A stretch of 64,000 bases of DNA from Calothrix sp. NIES-2100 (GCA_002368195.1 AP018178.1:5209286-5273285), one strand, 5' to 3'. Shown: positions 16,801 to 26,128, numbered from the stretch's first letter. Program-made: numbers and translations. Notes: generated by a model not told the origin, from the letters alone.

Positions 16801-19172
16801 TTGATATCAAACCGCAAAACTGTTTCAACTTCTTTCTCAATATTGGCAATTTTGGCGGCATAATCAAATCTATCTGCTTCTTTGAGAATTCCTAAAGCTA
16901 CTGCTTGTTCAATTTGATTTCTGGTGTCTTTAATATCTCTGACTAAACTATCTCGACATTCCTTTAGAGAATCTTCGCGCATTCGTAACAGTTCTTCCAC
17001 ATCTATATCAGCTTCTGGATAAACGCGCAAATACTCAATTATTCGCTCTGTGGCTTCGTGATTTTTACTTTCACTTTGAACTAAAAAATTTTGCAGCCAG
17101 TTAAAATTATTCTGGGCTACTAAATTGAGAATACCTTGAACAAGGGAATTTTCGCCAATTTCCGGTTCCCAATTCACATTTAAAGTGACTGCGGGGATTC
17201 TGAGTAAATCCCCATAAATCAGATATTTCGGTTCTGGTTCCACCGTTGCTAAGGGAGTATCGGGAGCGAACAAATCACAAATGTCTCTTACCGCAGCTCG
17301 ACAAATGGAAATTCCAGTTCTCATGAATACTGATGAATTTCTGGACTCAAAAATATTTAATTCTTGCAACACAGCATTGTGCAAACCGGAAAGTTCTTGT
17401 TTGATTTGCTCCGCTAGCTTGGCTTGTCTTTCCGTAGAATTGCTGTTTTGCTCTAAACGTAATTCTTGTAACTCAATCCAACGCCGACAAAAGTCCAGCA
17501 CTTGATGCACATATCGACAAAGTTTAGGAATATCATCTTTGTCGATGGCTCTTTTTTTATTCGCATCAAGGCTTTCTTTAGTTAAATCAATTTTTCTTTT
17601 AATTTCATCTTTTATATATAGTCGTTGAATTTTTTGCTGAATTTCTTGGACATCATTTAAAGTTATATTTCTGATAACAGCAGTATCTTTTTCTCTAATC
17701 TGAGACAACAATTCATAAATAAACCCATCTGACTCTAGCCACTTCTTCCAAATTTTTCGAGCTTGGGTTTTCAGTGGGATTGCAGAAGCTTGTGAGTACC
17801 AAAAATCAACTTCTTGATTCAGCGCTGCAATTTCTTTGTTCCACTCTTCTTGACTTTTAACTTTTTTAATAGCTTTTGTATTTAACGCTATCCGTTGCGC
17901 TCCGTATCTCCCAATAATTTGGCAATATTCATAAAGTTGGTTTAATCCTTCTCCCAATCGCAAAAACAGCAGAATTTGTGAAGCATCAGTATTGGGAGCT
18001 AGCAAGGCTGGGCGAAGCGCTGAAGCTGCTAACAATAAACTGATTTCCTGATTCCACTCACTGTTTCCATTAAAGGGGCGATCGCTAAAATTAGCAAAAT
18101 CATCCCTCAGGATATTTGCTATTTCCCCTATTCCTACTTCATAACGTATCTGACTACCCAAAACTACTGCGCGAATTACCCAAGCAGGAAGTTGGAATTG
18201 AATGTGCGGAAATTCGATTTCTAGACAACGTGCTAAATTAAAAGCTAGACTAACCTTGTTTTCATAAATTAATTGCCAAATTAAATCTTGCAGTGCATTC
18301 TGACTTGATTCTAAGTTACTATTTAATATAGATGTTGCTATTTCTTGGACATATGTCTGGGGCTGAATTGGAGTTGGTATGGGGATATGATTAACTACTA
18401 TTTCTTGAGCAGTATCCCTAGGAATTTCAGCAACTTTGGTTACTTCTACTATCTCTAATTCTGCAACAATTGTATCAACATTAGTTGCAGGTGCGATTAA
18501 TTCAGATTCTAAAATTACTGCTGTGATCGCCTCTGATTTTTCTGCTGAGGAAAATATGAGTTTACCTGTCAAAGCAGCCATAGCAATAGGCATTCCCAAC
18601 GACTGCGCTACGCCTGTTTGCAAGTCGGCTAGTTGTTGGAAATCTGGAGATTCTCGAACAGAAATTAGTGTTAGCAGTTGAACTAATGGATGTTCCCCAG
18701 ATACTAATGCTTTGGCTTCTGGATGTAAGCTATTTTCCGGTGAATTCAAAATTAAATTCTCTAAGTCACGAGCTTGGGCTATACATTGTTGTAATGGCGG
18801 AAAATCGGAGCGATCGCTGTAGGCAATTCGGGAAATATCTTTTAAAATATCTAAAGCTTGTCGGTTAGTTTTACTAACTGTTTGTTCTGCTTCCGCAACA
18901 GATTTTAAAATTGTTTCTAGTTCTTTGAGAGAAATAATATTATTAATATCGGCAGTACTAATATCTAAAGATTGTGCTAATTCCACAACTTGACTACGGA
19001 GTTCTGCAAACCGTCGTTGTTCACTGATAATTTGCTCAACCAGCGCAGGTGATGGCGCAATCAAATTGCTTTCTAACTGAAGTTTAGCTTCAGACAGTTG
19101 TTCGCCAAGTTGTAAAAAACTCTTGCCTAAAGATTGTAAATTAGTTTGTAATTTGCCTAAATTTTGTTCCAT
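13830..19172 (-). CDS. Giant (1780 aa) coiled-coil protein with central P-loop NTPase (AAA-like) domain. Function unknown, candidate defense/conflict-system protein
   Basis: The N-terminal ~900 aa are rich in heptad/coiled-coil-like sequence. Walker A is FIYGGRQLGKTALL and Walker B is RILLLLDEADKF. A long C-terminal region follows. HIP1 sites are present, so the composition is native-like. Confidence 0.6.
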   Translation of the reverse strand: MEQNLGKLQTNLQSLGKSFLQLGEQLSEAKLQLESNLIAPSPALVEQIISEQRRFAELRSQVVELAQSLDISTADINNIISLKELETILKSVAEAEQTVSKTNRQALDILKDISRIAYSDRSDFPPLQQCIAQARDLENLILNSPENSLHPEAKALVSGEHPLVQLLTLISVRESPDFQQLADLQTGVAQSLGMPIAMAALTGKLIFSSAEKSEAITAVILESELIAPATNVDTIVAELEIVEVTKVAEIPRDTAQEIVVNHIPIPTPIQPQTYVQEIATSILNSNLESSQNALQDLIWQLIYENKVSLAFNLARCLEIEFPHIQFQLPAWVIRAVVLGSQIRYEVGIGEIANILRDDFANFSDRPFNGNSEWNQEISLLLAASALRPALLAPNTDASQILLFLRLGEGLNQLYEYCQIIGRYGAQRIALNTKAIKKVKSQEEWNKEIAALNQEVDFWYSQASAIPLKTQARKIWKKWLESDGFIYELLSQIREKDTAVIRNITLNDVQEIQQKIQRLYIKDEIKRKIDLTKESLDANKKRAIDKDDIPKLCRYVHQVLDFCRRWIELQELRLEQNSNSTERQAKLAEQIKQELSGLHNAVLQELNIFESRNSSVFMRTGISICRAAVRDICDLFAPDTPLATVEPEPKYLIYGDLLRIPAVTLNVNWEPEIGENSLVQGILNLVAQNNFNWLQNFLVQSESKNHEATERIIEYLRVYPEADIDVEELLRMREDSLKECRDSLVRDIKDTRNQIEQAVALGILKEADRFDYAAKIANIEKEVETVLRFDIKHEKLEEIKAAIAQKKAAAIEQVRQRLNALSLTSEQPSYVRIQELLNQGNVLTANEYIDMIDRGDEIPPVEIAANDFSDFFPLKVTEIDKFMEENSPNLLISKVQRREDFCGINFRRLSGSATERAAKMLNAWFSAKKAGKFQQILESDAGIILVNLGFNPSRITIERVGGRTWLQITTEIIRNKELCPVATYGSAAHGQYRILCVWDRPTAEDILNAVGETSHGSPAFVFFFGRLTELRRRDLARLCRERRRTFVLIDDILMLYICGAEEPRLRTLFKCALPFTFLETHATTAGLVPPEIFYGRKQERDSVINSMGSCFIYGGRQLGKTALLRSVEREFHAPQERRIALFLDLKADGIGIHRPIEDIWSLLADEFKKLEVVPRMSPTNIGAETLLRHLQNWLEQDKSRRILLLLDEADKFLESDGQNKFSQTSRFKGLMDKTDRRFKVVFAGLHNVQRTTRVENHPLAHYGEPLCIGPLLENKEWREARELIKRPLANIGYELSDDLVTRILSQTNYYPSLIQLYCHELLRDVNNNHLKKYDRNNTPPYEIADKQVDETYQSNNLRKAIRDRLLWTLQLDQRYEVIAYSIAYESLTSPKGMVDGFSVSWIQDAVLSWWSEGFQGKSTDEFRALLEEMVGLGVLRETNEGGFALRSPNVVLLLGTEAEIEEQLLRSREPALGYDAEIFRSALRHDLSRRSPLTVQQESALRRRENGVSIIFGCPAAGLNELQDFLISAVGKEFWIPIENVAGESDFTKHLANLDKREMGIDGTTIMFVSSTCDWSQEWVKIALEKVQRLKSKKSFARVVFVANPPKVWELINLNCLDSLVSQGVSIFSLKPWHDAALRQWLEDDNFTAANKESREKITEITGNWPVLLQRFYQQAKSDQHWEPHLQKLADSLTNSEYLNELAILMGLDNTHPQQKQILHALATLKEAAIADLIEIVEDISAEIVHQTFKWAELLRLAYPVGNSNWSIDPLVGRIVTSLGA

Positions 19173-19572
19173 ATTTTTAACTGATGAAAAATTAACCAGA
19201 GTGGTAGTAAAAACACTCCGTTGTCCCTGAATCAGTACCAGTAGTCAAAACTATATCTCAGTAATTAACCACAACTGCGCGTCAACTTTCCCACTGCTGC
19301 TGGTAAAGCTAGACTCCCGCGTTCTTCAGCTAAAGCACGGTAATGTAACGGAAAAGCACTTTTTATATACAGCTGATAAATACAGTCAAGCCTTTGATAC
19401 GCAGTGACTAGGTCATACATGGGTAGATTCCCATTTACACTTTATGTAAACTTTATAACATATTTGCCGGATTTCCAGAAATAAAGCGGCAATACTGATA
19501 TCTTGCACCTACACCCTATAAGGGTGAGGCTATACAAACTAAGCCTACCTACGCAGGTTTGACAACGTTTAG

Positions 19573-19778
19573 CCCGAATTCAATAAACGACTACCCGAAT
19601 TCAATAAACGACTACCCAAATTCAATAAACGACTACCCGAATTCAATAAACGACTACCCAAATTCAATAAACGACTACCCAAATTCAATAAACGACTACC
19701 CAAATTCAATAAACAACTACCCGAATTCAATAAACGACTACCCAAATTCAATAAACGACTACCCCAATTCAATAAACC
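19573..19778. repeat. 21-bp tandem repeat (~10 copies) GAATTCAATAAACGACTACCC(A/G)
   Basis: Direct reading of the sequence. The track ORFs on both strands (NSINDYP and LLNLGSR heptapeptide repeats) are artefacts of the 21-nt periodicity. Confidence 0.85.
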
Positions 19779-19811
19779 AGAAGCGATCGCCTTCGTCGTC
19801 TGTCCCATGAT

Positions 19812-20046
19812 TAAGTTGACACGTAAGAGGGTAACCATTGGTGTCAACTTAAGCTCAAAGGCTTATCCCACAGGCATTTTACCCCACCCCTCAATCCCCT
19901 CCCCGTAAACGGGGAGGGGAGGTTTTGCGTCAGCAAAGCCAGGGTGGGGTAACGCGGATCTTGATGTTAAGTGAGAGAATTCGCTCATCAAGTCTTGGCA
20001 AGGGTTTCGCGTTAAGTTGACACGTAAGGGGGTAACCCGCCCCTAC
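19812..20046. repeat. MITE-like element (family A) with TTAAGTTGACAC/GTGTCAACTTAA termini and central CCCCTCCCCG-TAAA-CGGGGAGGGG hairpin
   Basis: It is homologous over ~200 bp to 49606-49826. It carries GGGGCGGG / CCCGCCCCTAC-type terminal motifs that recur elsewhere in the window. Confidence 0.7.
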
Positions 20047-20076
20047 GAGTTATACGATAGGTAAGTAGTTAAACAT

Positions 20077-20272
20077 AATTAATTACACAATGTCATTGCG
20101 AATGCAGCGAAGCGAAATGTAGACGCGAAGCGGCTTCCCGAAGGGTAGCAATCCCAACCCCTGTGATTGCTTCGCTTCTCTTCTCCTGACGGAGACGCTA
20201 CGCGAACGAGACGCGAACGCGCTAAGCGAAGCTATGCCGAAGGCTTTACGCTCGCAATGACTGTAATTAATT
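20077..20272. repeat. MITE-like element (family C) with ~21-bp imperfect TIRs AATTAATTACA(C)AATGTCATTGCGA
   Basis: Left end is aattaattacacaatgtcattgcga and right end is tcgcaatgactgtaattaatt. The interior is rich in GCGAAGCG/GAGACGC palindromic units. A degenerate relative lies at ~25778-25893. Confidence 0.55.
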
Positions 20273-20544
20273 TTGCGTGGTTACTTAATTTAATGATTGC
20301 ATTAAGTGACAATGGGTAGACGCAAAGCGTAGTAGACATGTCATCCCGCGAGCCATTGCATTGCGCGATCGCGTATCTCTTCGTCTCAAGGAATATATAA
20401 GATATGGAGTATTGACTGTTAATTCTAAATTTGCTAAACTATAATCGATAAGGAAGAACTATGCTAAACATGTTTATACTGAAACTAAAAACCGCCTGCC
20501 ATTAAGCAAGCGGTTTTTATAATGCTGTAGCAACTTGATAGTGA

Positions 20545-21528
20545 TTAAACAAGTTTCAAATCGGGATACTCAGCCAATAAATCATCAGAAGTGAGAGTAT
20601 CACCTTCAGCTTGAGGAGTCCAAAGCACCTCGAACGCGAGAAGTTGCTCGCTAGGAATACCACCAATTTGACGCAAAGCTTGGCGCAAATCATCAGGGCT
20701 GTTCAGCGCCGGCATTGCATACTTGCCTAGAGTCGCTACCAGCAAGGTAACGATAATGTATTCACCAGGGCCAGAGGTAATTAAATCCGTGGGATTTTCT
20801 GGATTTTGAGTACCTGGTAGAGCTTCTTTCGCCAGTGCGGCTCTCAGTTGGTTGTTAACGTTAGATAAAGTTTCTTCGCTAAACTTGCTACGTTCTGCTA
20901 TTGAGAGACGGTTGAATTGAGCCTCAGCAGAATTCAATTTAGCTTGCTGAGTACCACCACCGACATATACCCAATATTCTGGATGGCGCAACAAAGCTAG
21001 GCTGGTTTCTTGAAGAATTTCTGCTCTTCCCTCTGGGGAGTTAGTATCAGCAGTTTCGGCAATGCGATCGAGTTCGGGTTGTAAATCACGGGCTTGAGCT
21101 AATAAACCCACTTGTAAACGAGTTACAGACACAGCGGGGTTGCTGCTATATCCTGCTTCAGTTGGAGTATCACCACTGGTAACGCGGCGGAAGGTTTGGA
21201 GTAAGAAATTAGCGATCGCAATAAAAATTAAGATGGTAAACAAACCGCCAAATCCTCCACCAATTCCCCAGAAAGGAATTAGGAAAGGAAATCCAAAACC
21301 ACCGCCACCACCATAGGAAGGATAGTATCCACCACCACCAGGAGGTGCGTAGGTGCGAGGTGTGTAGGTGCGGCTAGAAGGCACTCTAAAGGAACCACCG
21401 CCGATTCTACCACCACTACGGGCAGCTAATGCTCCATCTGCGTGACCAAGTGCCAAAGTTAACACTAGGCTGAGGACAAAGAAAGTTTTTAACAGCGGTT
21501 TGATGGCTAGTTTTAGTTTTTTATGCAT
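20545..21528 (-). CDS. DUF1517-family protein (signal peptide, Gly-rich region, TM segment)
   Basis: 327-aa ORF with an N-terminal signal/TM sequence, a GGGGYYPSYGGGGGFGFPF glycine-rich stretch and a hydrophobic segment. This architecture is conserved in cyanobacteria and plastids. Confidence 0.5.
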   Translation of the reverse strand: MHKKLKLAIKPLLKTFFVLSLVLTLALGHADGALAARSGGRIGGGSFRVPSSRTYTPRTYAPPGGGGYYPSYGGGGGFGFPFLIPFWGIGGGFGGLFTILIFIAIANFLLQTFRRVTSGDTPTEAGYSSNPAVSVTRLQVGLLAQARDLQPELDRIAETADTNSPEGRAEILQETSLALLRHPEYWVYVGGGTQQAKLNSAEAQFNRLSIAERSKFSEETLSNVNNQLRAALAKEALPGTQNPENPTDLITSGPGEYIIVTLLVATLGKYAMPALNSPDDLRQALRQIGGIPSEQLLAFEVLWTPQAEGDTLTSDDLLAEYPDLKLV

Positions 21529-21798
21529 AATACAGTCGCTTGAAAAACGGTTTTGGTGATGATTTCTCCCAACGCTGCGTTTGAGAGTTATGCTTGGTCA
21601 CTAACGCGGCTACCGTAGCAAGCAAGCGAGTTGTTGATTGGCAGTAGCTCTCTATAACATCAGTCTTCGTCGGCTACATATTCAATGTACCGCGCCTGAT
21701 CTGGCCTATGCAGCAAGCTTAGGGGGGATTTCTTGCGTAGATAACCGTACCTCAAAATTTTTCGCGATCGCGGGAATTTTGGAATCAATTAACATTTG

Positions 21799-21870
21799 TG
21801 TCAATAGTCAATAGTCCACAGTCCATAGTCAAAACCACTGACCACTGACCATTGACTAATGACCATTTTG
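21799..21870. repeat. STRR-like heptanucleotide tandem array
   Basis: tcaatagtcaatagtccacagtccatagtc...ccactgaccactgaccattgac. Confidence 0.6.
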
Positions 21871-22631
21871 GCATTTTGGCAGAATTTTGAGTTTTTTCAG
21901 GATAGTCTATTGATAGAAAGTAGATTTAGCAATCACCACATTAGTCTATGAGCGATTGATTTAGCTGGCAGTACTGAATTTTAATGCTTGTTAATCAGGT
22001 AGACGAATTTTATGTGGTGAAAATTTGCCCAGAAAAATAAATTAACAATATTTAACCCAAAATTTGGCCAAATACTGTTTTCAAATCCGGCTGAAATTTT
22101 TATACTCCAATCGCTAAAACAAGGATTGAGAATTATGTTGCTACAGCCTATGTGTTACAAAATGATAATTCTTGGTATAAATCCGCTGGAAATTACTGAA
22201 ATAAATACTGATACTCAAACCCAAGGCTAAAAAAATTCTGTAAATTCCAGGATTTAAGAGCTTAGCTGTTGGCGAAGATGACAAAACAGTAGAAAATTAT
22301 ATACAGTTCTGATAAATTCCCAATGGAAATTACAGAAAGTAATTTTTGGTCAAAATCTAGTTTAAGTGGCTCTCTGTAGCAGCTGCGCAGACTACTGGTC
22401 TCTACAGAGAGGGGTAGCCTTGTAGGAACTTCCCCTCAATAGCGAAGTTACTGCTTTTCTCTGACAAATTTTGGAGAGTAAGATATGCCTAAAGTCAATA
22501 AATCATCTATTTTGTTGCATCTTTAGTTCACTATCAATTCCAGAACGGCAGAAAATTGAGATGAATTTCTTAACCAAAATTAATCATCTCAACAATTAAA
22601 AATTATCGGCAGTATAGTTAGAAAATATATT

Positions 22632-23825
22632 ATGGAACATATTTCACAACTTGCAGCAAATGTTAGAGACAAAACTGCGTTTCCCGACATTCTCGTAATA
22701 TCTCGCAGTTTTCTGCCAAAAGAGGCTGTAATTAGCGAATATATTTATAATCGTTGTCTCCAAGATCCAGAACGGGTAATTGTTCTAGCTGCTAGTTGCT
22801 CAGGCGACAAAGTATTTGACCAAGCTCAAAAATTTCCGATATATCGCTGGCCAATTCCGAGAAATTGGAATTTTCTGCATCCTTTTATTAATCTTATATA
22901 TTCATTTGTACTAGCAATTAAATTATATTTTCGCTATCATTATCGTTATATTGAATGGGGACACGGCTACGAATTTCCATCAGTTTTACTTTTAAGTTAT
23001 TTACTCCCTATTCGTTTTTTTATCTATCTTCACGGTAATGATATTATTTGTGGGTTACGCAATCCCTTATGGCGATCGCTATTTAAATTGACACTGAAAC
23101 GTGCTGAAGGAATTGTTTGTAACAGTTCCTTTACAAAAGATTACCTCAGCGCCAGATTGCGATTAAATACCCCTACTCACGTCATTAATCCGACGATCAG
23201 AGCGGAAAAATTTAGTCAAGTTCCGAATCCAGATAATTTGAGTGATTTACGTGCAAATGTGCGGGAAATATACAACATTCCGGAGACAGCAGTAGTGATT
23301 CTCTCAGTGGGAGAGCTGACCAAGCTTAAAAGCTTTAACCGCGTGATTGATAACTTACCCCTCCTGCTGACTGTTGGGGTGGATGTACACTATATAATCT
23401 GTGGTCAAGGCCCTTGTGAATCAGAACTTAAATCTCTCGCCCATCGCTTAAGGGTAGACCAAAGAGTACATTTTGCTGGATATGTAAGCGATCGCGAATT
23501 AGCCGGTTATTATGCAGCCTGCGACATATTTGCCATGCTGAATCGATTGGATACAAAAGCTAAGAGTATAGAAGGTTTTGGTACTGTTTACCTAGAAGCG
23601 AGTTACTTTGGCAAACCTGTGATCGCCTCTCGTTTAGGTAGCGTCATTGATGCCATTCAACACGAAGAGAACGGTATACTAGTTAACCCTAATTCTGGCT
23701 CTGAAGTTTTTCAAGCCTTCAATCGCTTGTGTAAAGACCAAGCGCTAAGGGAAAAACTCGGTCGTAAAGGTAAAGAATTAGCCAAACGCAAAACCTTTCA
23801 CCGTTCTTTATACAGAGCGGAGTAG
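22632..23825 (+). CDS. Glycosyltransferase family 4 (GT-B fold)
   Basis: 397-aa ORF. The C-terminal region EGFGTVYLEASYFGKPVIASRLGSVIDAIQHEENGILV is the GT1/GT4 E-x7-E donor-binding signature. Confidence 0.7.
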   Translation: MEHISQLAANVRDKTAFPDILVISRSFLPKEAVISEYIYNRCLQDPERVIVLAASCSGDKVFDQAQKFPIYRWPIPRNWNFLHPFINLIYSFVLAIKLYFRYHYRYIEWGHGYEFPSVLLLSYLLPIRFFIYLHGNDIICGLRNPLWRSLFKLTLKRAEGIVCNSSFTKDYLSARLRLNTPTHVINPTIRAEKFSQVPNPDNLSDLRANVREIYNIPETAVVILSVGELTKLKSFNRVIDNLPLLLTVGVDVHYIICGQGPCESELKSLAHRLRVDQRVHFAGYVSDRELAGYYAACDIFAMLNRLDTKAKSIEGFGTVYLEASYFGKPVIASRLGSVIDAIQHEENGILVNPNSGSEVFQAFNRLCKDQALREKLGRKGKELAKRKTFHRSLYRAE

Positions 23826-23852
23826 GGGATGAGAGGGACAAGGAGGACAAAT

Positions 23853-23894
23853 GACGGTTGACGGTTGACGGTTGACTGTTGACGGTTGACTGTT
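23853..23894. repeat. STRR heptanucleotide array (GACGGTT/GACTGTT)
   Basis: gacggttgacggttgacggttgactgttgacggttgactgtt, immediately 3' of the glycosyltransferase stop. Confidence 0.8.
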
Positions 23895-24106
23895 CAGCCT
23901 CCACCGACAATTGTGACAACTTCTAAGCGATCGCCTTGTTGTACTTTTGTTTCAGTCCAAAACTGGCGGTGTAAAATCTCACCGTTATACTCTACTGCTA
24001 CCAAACGCGGATTGAAGCCTAGTTGTTGGAGTAATTCAGGTAAAGGCGTTTGGGATGAACATCTGTGGTTTTCCCCATTTACTTGCAGGGTAATTTCATT
24101 AGACAT
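23894..24106 (-). CDS. thiS: Thiamine biosynthesis sulfur-carrier protein ThiS
   Basis: 70-aa ORF ending in GG. Its sequence (MSNEITLQVNGE...GDRLEVVTIVGGG) is a typical ThiS beta-grasp, and it lies directly downstream of thiE. Confidence 0.85.
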   Translation of the reverse strand: MSNEITLQVNGENHRCSSQTPLPELLQQLGFNPRLVAVEYNGEILHRQFWTETKVQQGDRLEVVTIVGGG

Positions 24107-24261
24107 CAGCTTTCACAAATTGATTAAAAGCAATTGGAAGGTTGAGAAAATTCTGAGCAGCAAAGGCTACTACTCAGAAGTTGGGAAATTGTGAATTTTG
24201 ACCCTTAGCGTAGTCGTACCCTACGGGAAGCAAGCTACGCTTAGCGTCCGCACCAGAAGGG

Positions 24262-25380
24262 TCAAGACTCTGGTTGAATGCGATGCAATTGGGAAAGCAA
24301 ATATTGTGCCACGAGGGTGGGTTGTTCTGCTTGCATGAGCGATCGCACTACGGCTACACGTTCTGCACCTGCATCAATTACATCATTGATATTATTTGCA
24401 TCTATTCCCCCAATCGCAAACCAGGGAATACGGCAATTTTGGGCAGCATAACTGACATATTCTAAGCCAGCCGCCGCTTTACCTGCTTTTGTTGGCGTTT
24501 CATACACTGGCCCCACACCAATATAATCAGCACCTTCCGCTATTGCCCCTTGCATTTCTTCAAAATTTGTGGTAGAACGACCAATGATACGCTGAGAACC
24601 GAGTAATTGTCTGGCAATATCAATAGGCATATCTTGCTGTCCCAGATGTACCCCATCTGCATCTACTGCTAAAGCCAAATCTATCCGGTCATTGATAATA
24701 AACAGAGCGCCGTAGAGGTGACATAGCTGTCGCAGTTTTCTAGCTTGTTCTATACGAATAGTATCATCAGCCGTTTTGTCACGGTATTGTAACAAAGTCA
24801 ATCCACCTTTGAGGGCAGCTTCCACCGTTGTCAATAAATTTTCTGACGGTGAGGTAACCAGATACAGACGCGATCGCCACAGTAGTTGATGGCGTTGATA
24901 ACCCAATAAATTGCTTTCTAGGGTATACACTTGATACCGCATCTGCTTAAATGCTTTACCCATGTGGGGATGATGAAGTTTGCCGTATTCTTCCAGCACC
25001 CGCAGTGCTTCTTGCACACGACAAAAGTTAGCTTGCAATAAAGCTTTGATGCTAGTGCGTTGTTCCTCTTGGGGATGGGTTAACTCTGTTCCTGCGTCAC
25101 CTGGGGTATCTCGCGCCGCCCTGAGTTCCGCCGTATGCCAATGAGCTATATCTTGCCGCAGACGCTTGCATTCGCCAGTAAACTGTGCATTATTTAACCC
25201 AAAGCGACACCATTCCTCAATAATTCGCAAACCCTCACGAGCGCGATCTAAATTAGCATCTAAAATGCGGTAAACAACTTGCTGCGTCTGCTGCGTTTGG
25301 CTGTATGGCTCGACCATTTCAACAACCCCATTCCTGCTGTCATCAAAAGATGGAAAATCAACTATTCTAGTAATTGTCAT
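24262..25380 (-). CDS. thiE: Thiamine-phosphate synthase ThiE with ~170-aa N-terminal extension (cyanobacterial type)
   Basis: The C-terminal half (LYLVTSP...IGRSTTN...GADYIGVGPVYETPTK...IPWFAIGGI) matches the ThiE TIM-barrel. The N-terminal domain is an extension of unknown function. Confidence 0.8.
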   Translation of the reverse strand: MTITRIVDFPSFDDSRNGVVEMVEPYSQTQQTQQVVYRILDANLDRAREGLRIIEEWCRFGLNNAQFTGECKRLRQDIAHWHTAELRAARDTPGDAGTELTHPQEEQRTSIKALLQANFCRVQEALRVLEEYGKLHHPHMGKAFKQMRYQVYTLESNLLGYQRHQLLWRSRLYLVTSPSENLLTTVEAALKGGLTLLQYRDKTADDTIRIEQARKLRQLCHLYGALFIINDRIDLALAVDADGVHLGQQDMPIDIARQLLGSQRIIGRSTTNFEEMQGAIAEGADYIGVGPVYETPTKAGKAAAGLEYVSYAAQNCRIPWFAIGGIDANNINDVIDAGAERVAVVRSLMQAEQPTLVAQYLLSQLHRIQPES

Positions 25381-25692
25381 TTATAAAATTGTTATTTTTA
25401 CTAGAAATTTACTATGCACTCAAAAACATAAGAGTAGCAAGGATTCTATCAAATTAGCAGAAAGAAGTGTCGGTTCAGATAAAAGTAGTTTAAGATTACA
25501 CTTCACCACGGGCATTAGCCAGAAATTCTCGAGCAAGCCACAAGCCGCTCAACAACTAGGGCGAAGTGACAGGTTAGCAAATCAGCAATGGGCAAATCAA
25601 ATAGCAGCAACGATACAAGCTGATATTGATCATGCAGATGGGAGTTACTTTGTCCCAAGGGACATCCCATTTTTTAAATACCCAATAAATTT

Positions 25693-25748
25693 GTAGTGCG
25701 AGCGAGACGCTCGCTAATGTTAAAAAGCGAGCGTCTCGCTCGCACTAC
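25693..25748. repeat. Perfect 23-bp-stem hairpin/palindromic element
   Basis: GTAGTGCGAGCGAGACGCTCGCT-aatgttaaaaa-AGCGAGCGTCTCGCTCGCACTAC. It is related to the GCGAGACGC palindromic units found in the family C MITE and at 43950-44050. Confidence 0.7.
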
Positions 25749-26128
25749 CAAATATGAGTAATTTATTTTTTGTAAGTCCCCAACACTAGCTAAATATATA
25801 GCAGGACTTACGCAAGCAAAATTTGTCATTGCGACCGGAACGTATTGTAGGGAAGCAATCCCAGAATTTTAGGCGATTACTTCGCTTTGCTCGTAATGAC
25901 GTAATTCCGTGACTTTTGCGTAAGTCATATATAGAAATCAAGCAATTAACCACAATTATCCAGTAAAAAAATCCTCAACAACTACCTAAACCACATCTAT
26001 TTTGAGAACTATAGTTTTAAAAGTAGTGGGAGCATCTTGCTCCCTACTCTTCGTAGCGGGCTTTCCGTCCAGCACTACTCCAGGTTTCAAAATGGACGAG
26101 GTTTAATTTGGGTAAATTAGGGGCTGAC

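Noticed and set aside
19573-19778. Possible CRISPR array (regular direct repeats).
   Set aside because: The repeats are contiguous 21-mers without intervening unique spacers, and there are no cas genes in the window. The same reasoning applies to the 33550-33790 array.
19559-19847. Track ORFs 19559..19810 (+) and 19569..19847 (-) encoding NSINDYP and LLNLGSR heptapeptide repeats.
   Set aside because: Both are by-products of a 21-bp tandem repeat that happens to be open in several frames. Having both strands open over the same array argues against a real gene.
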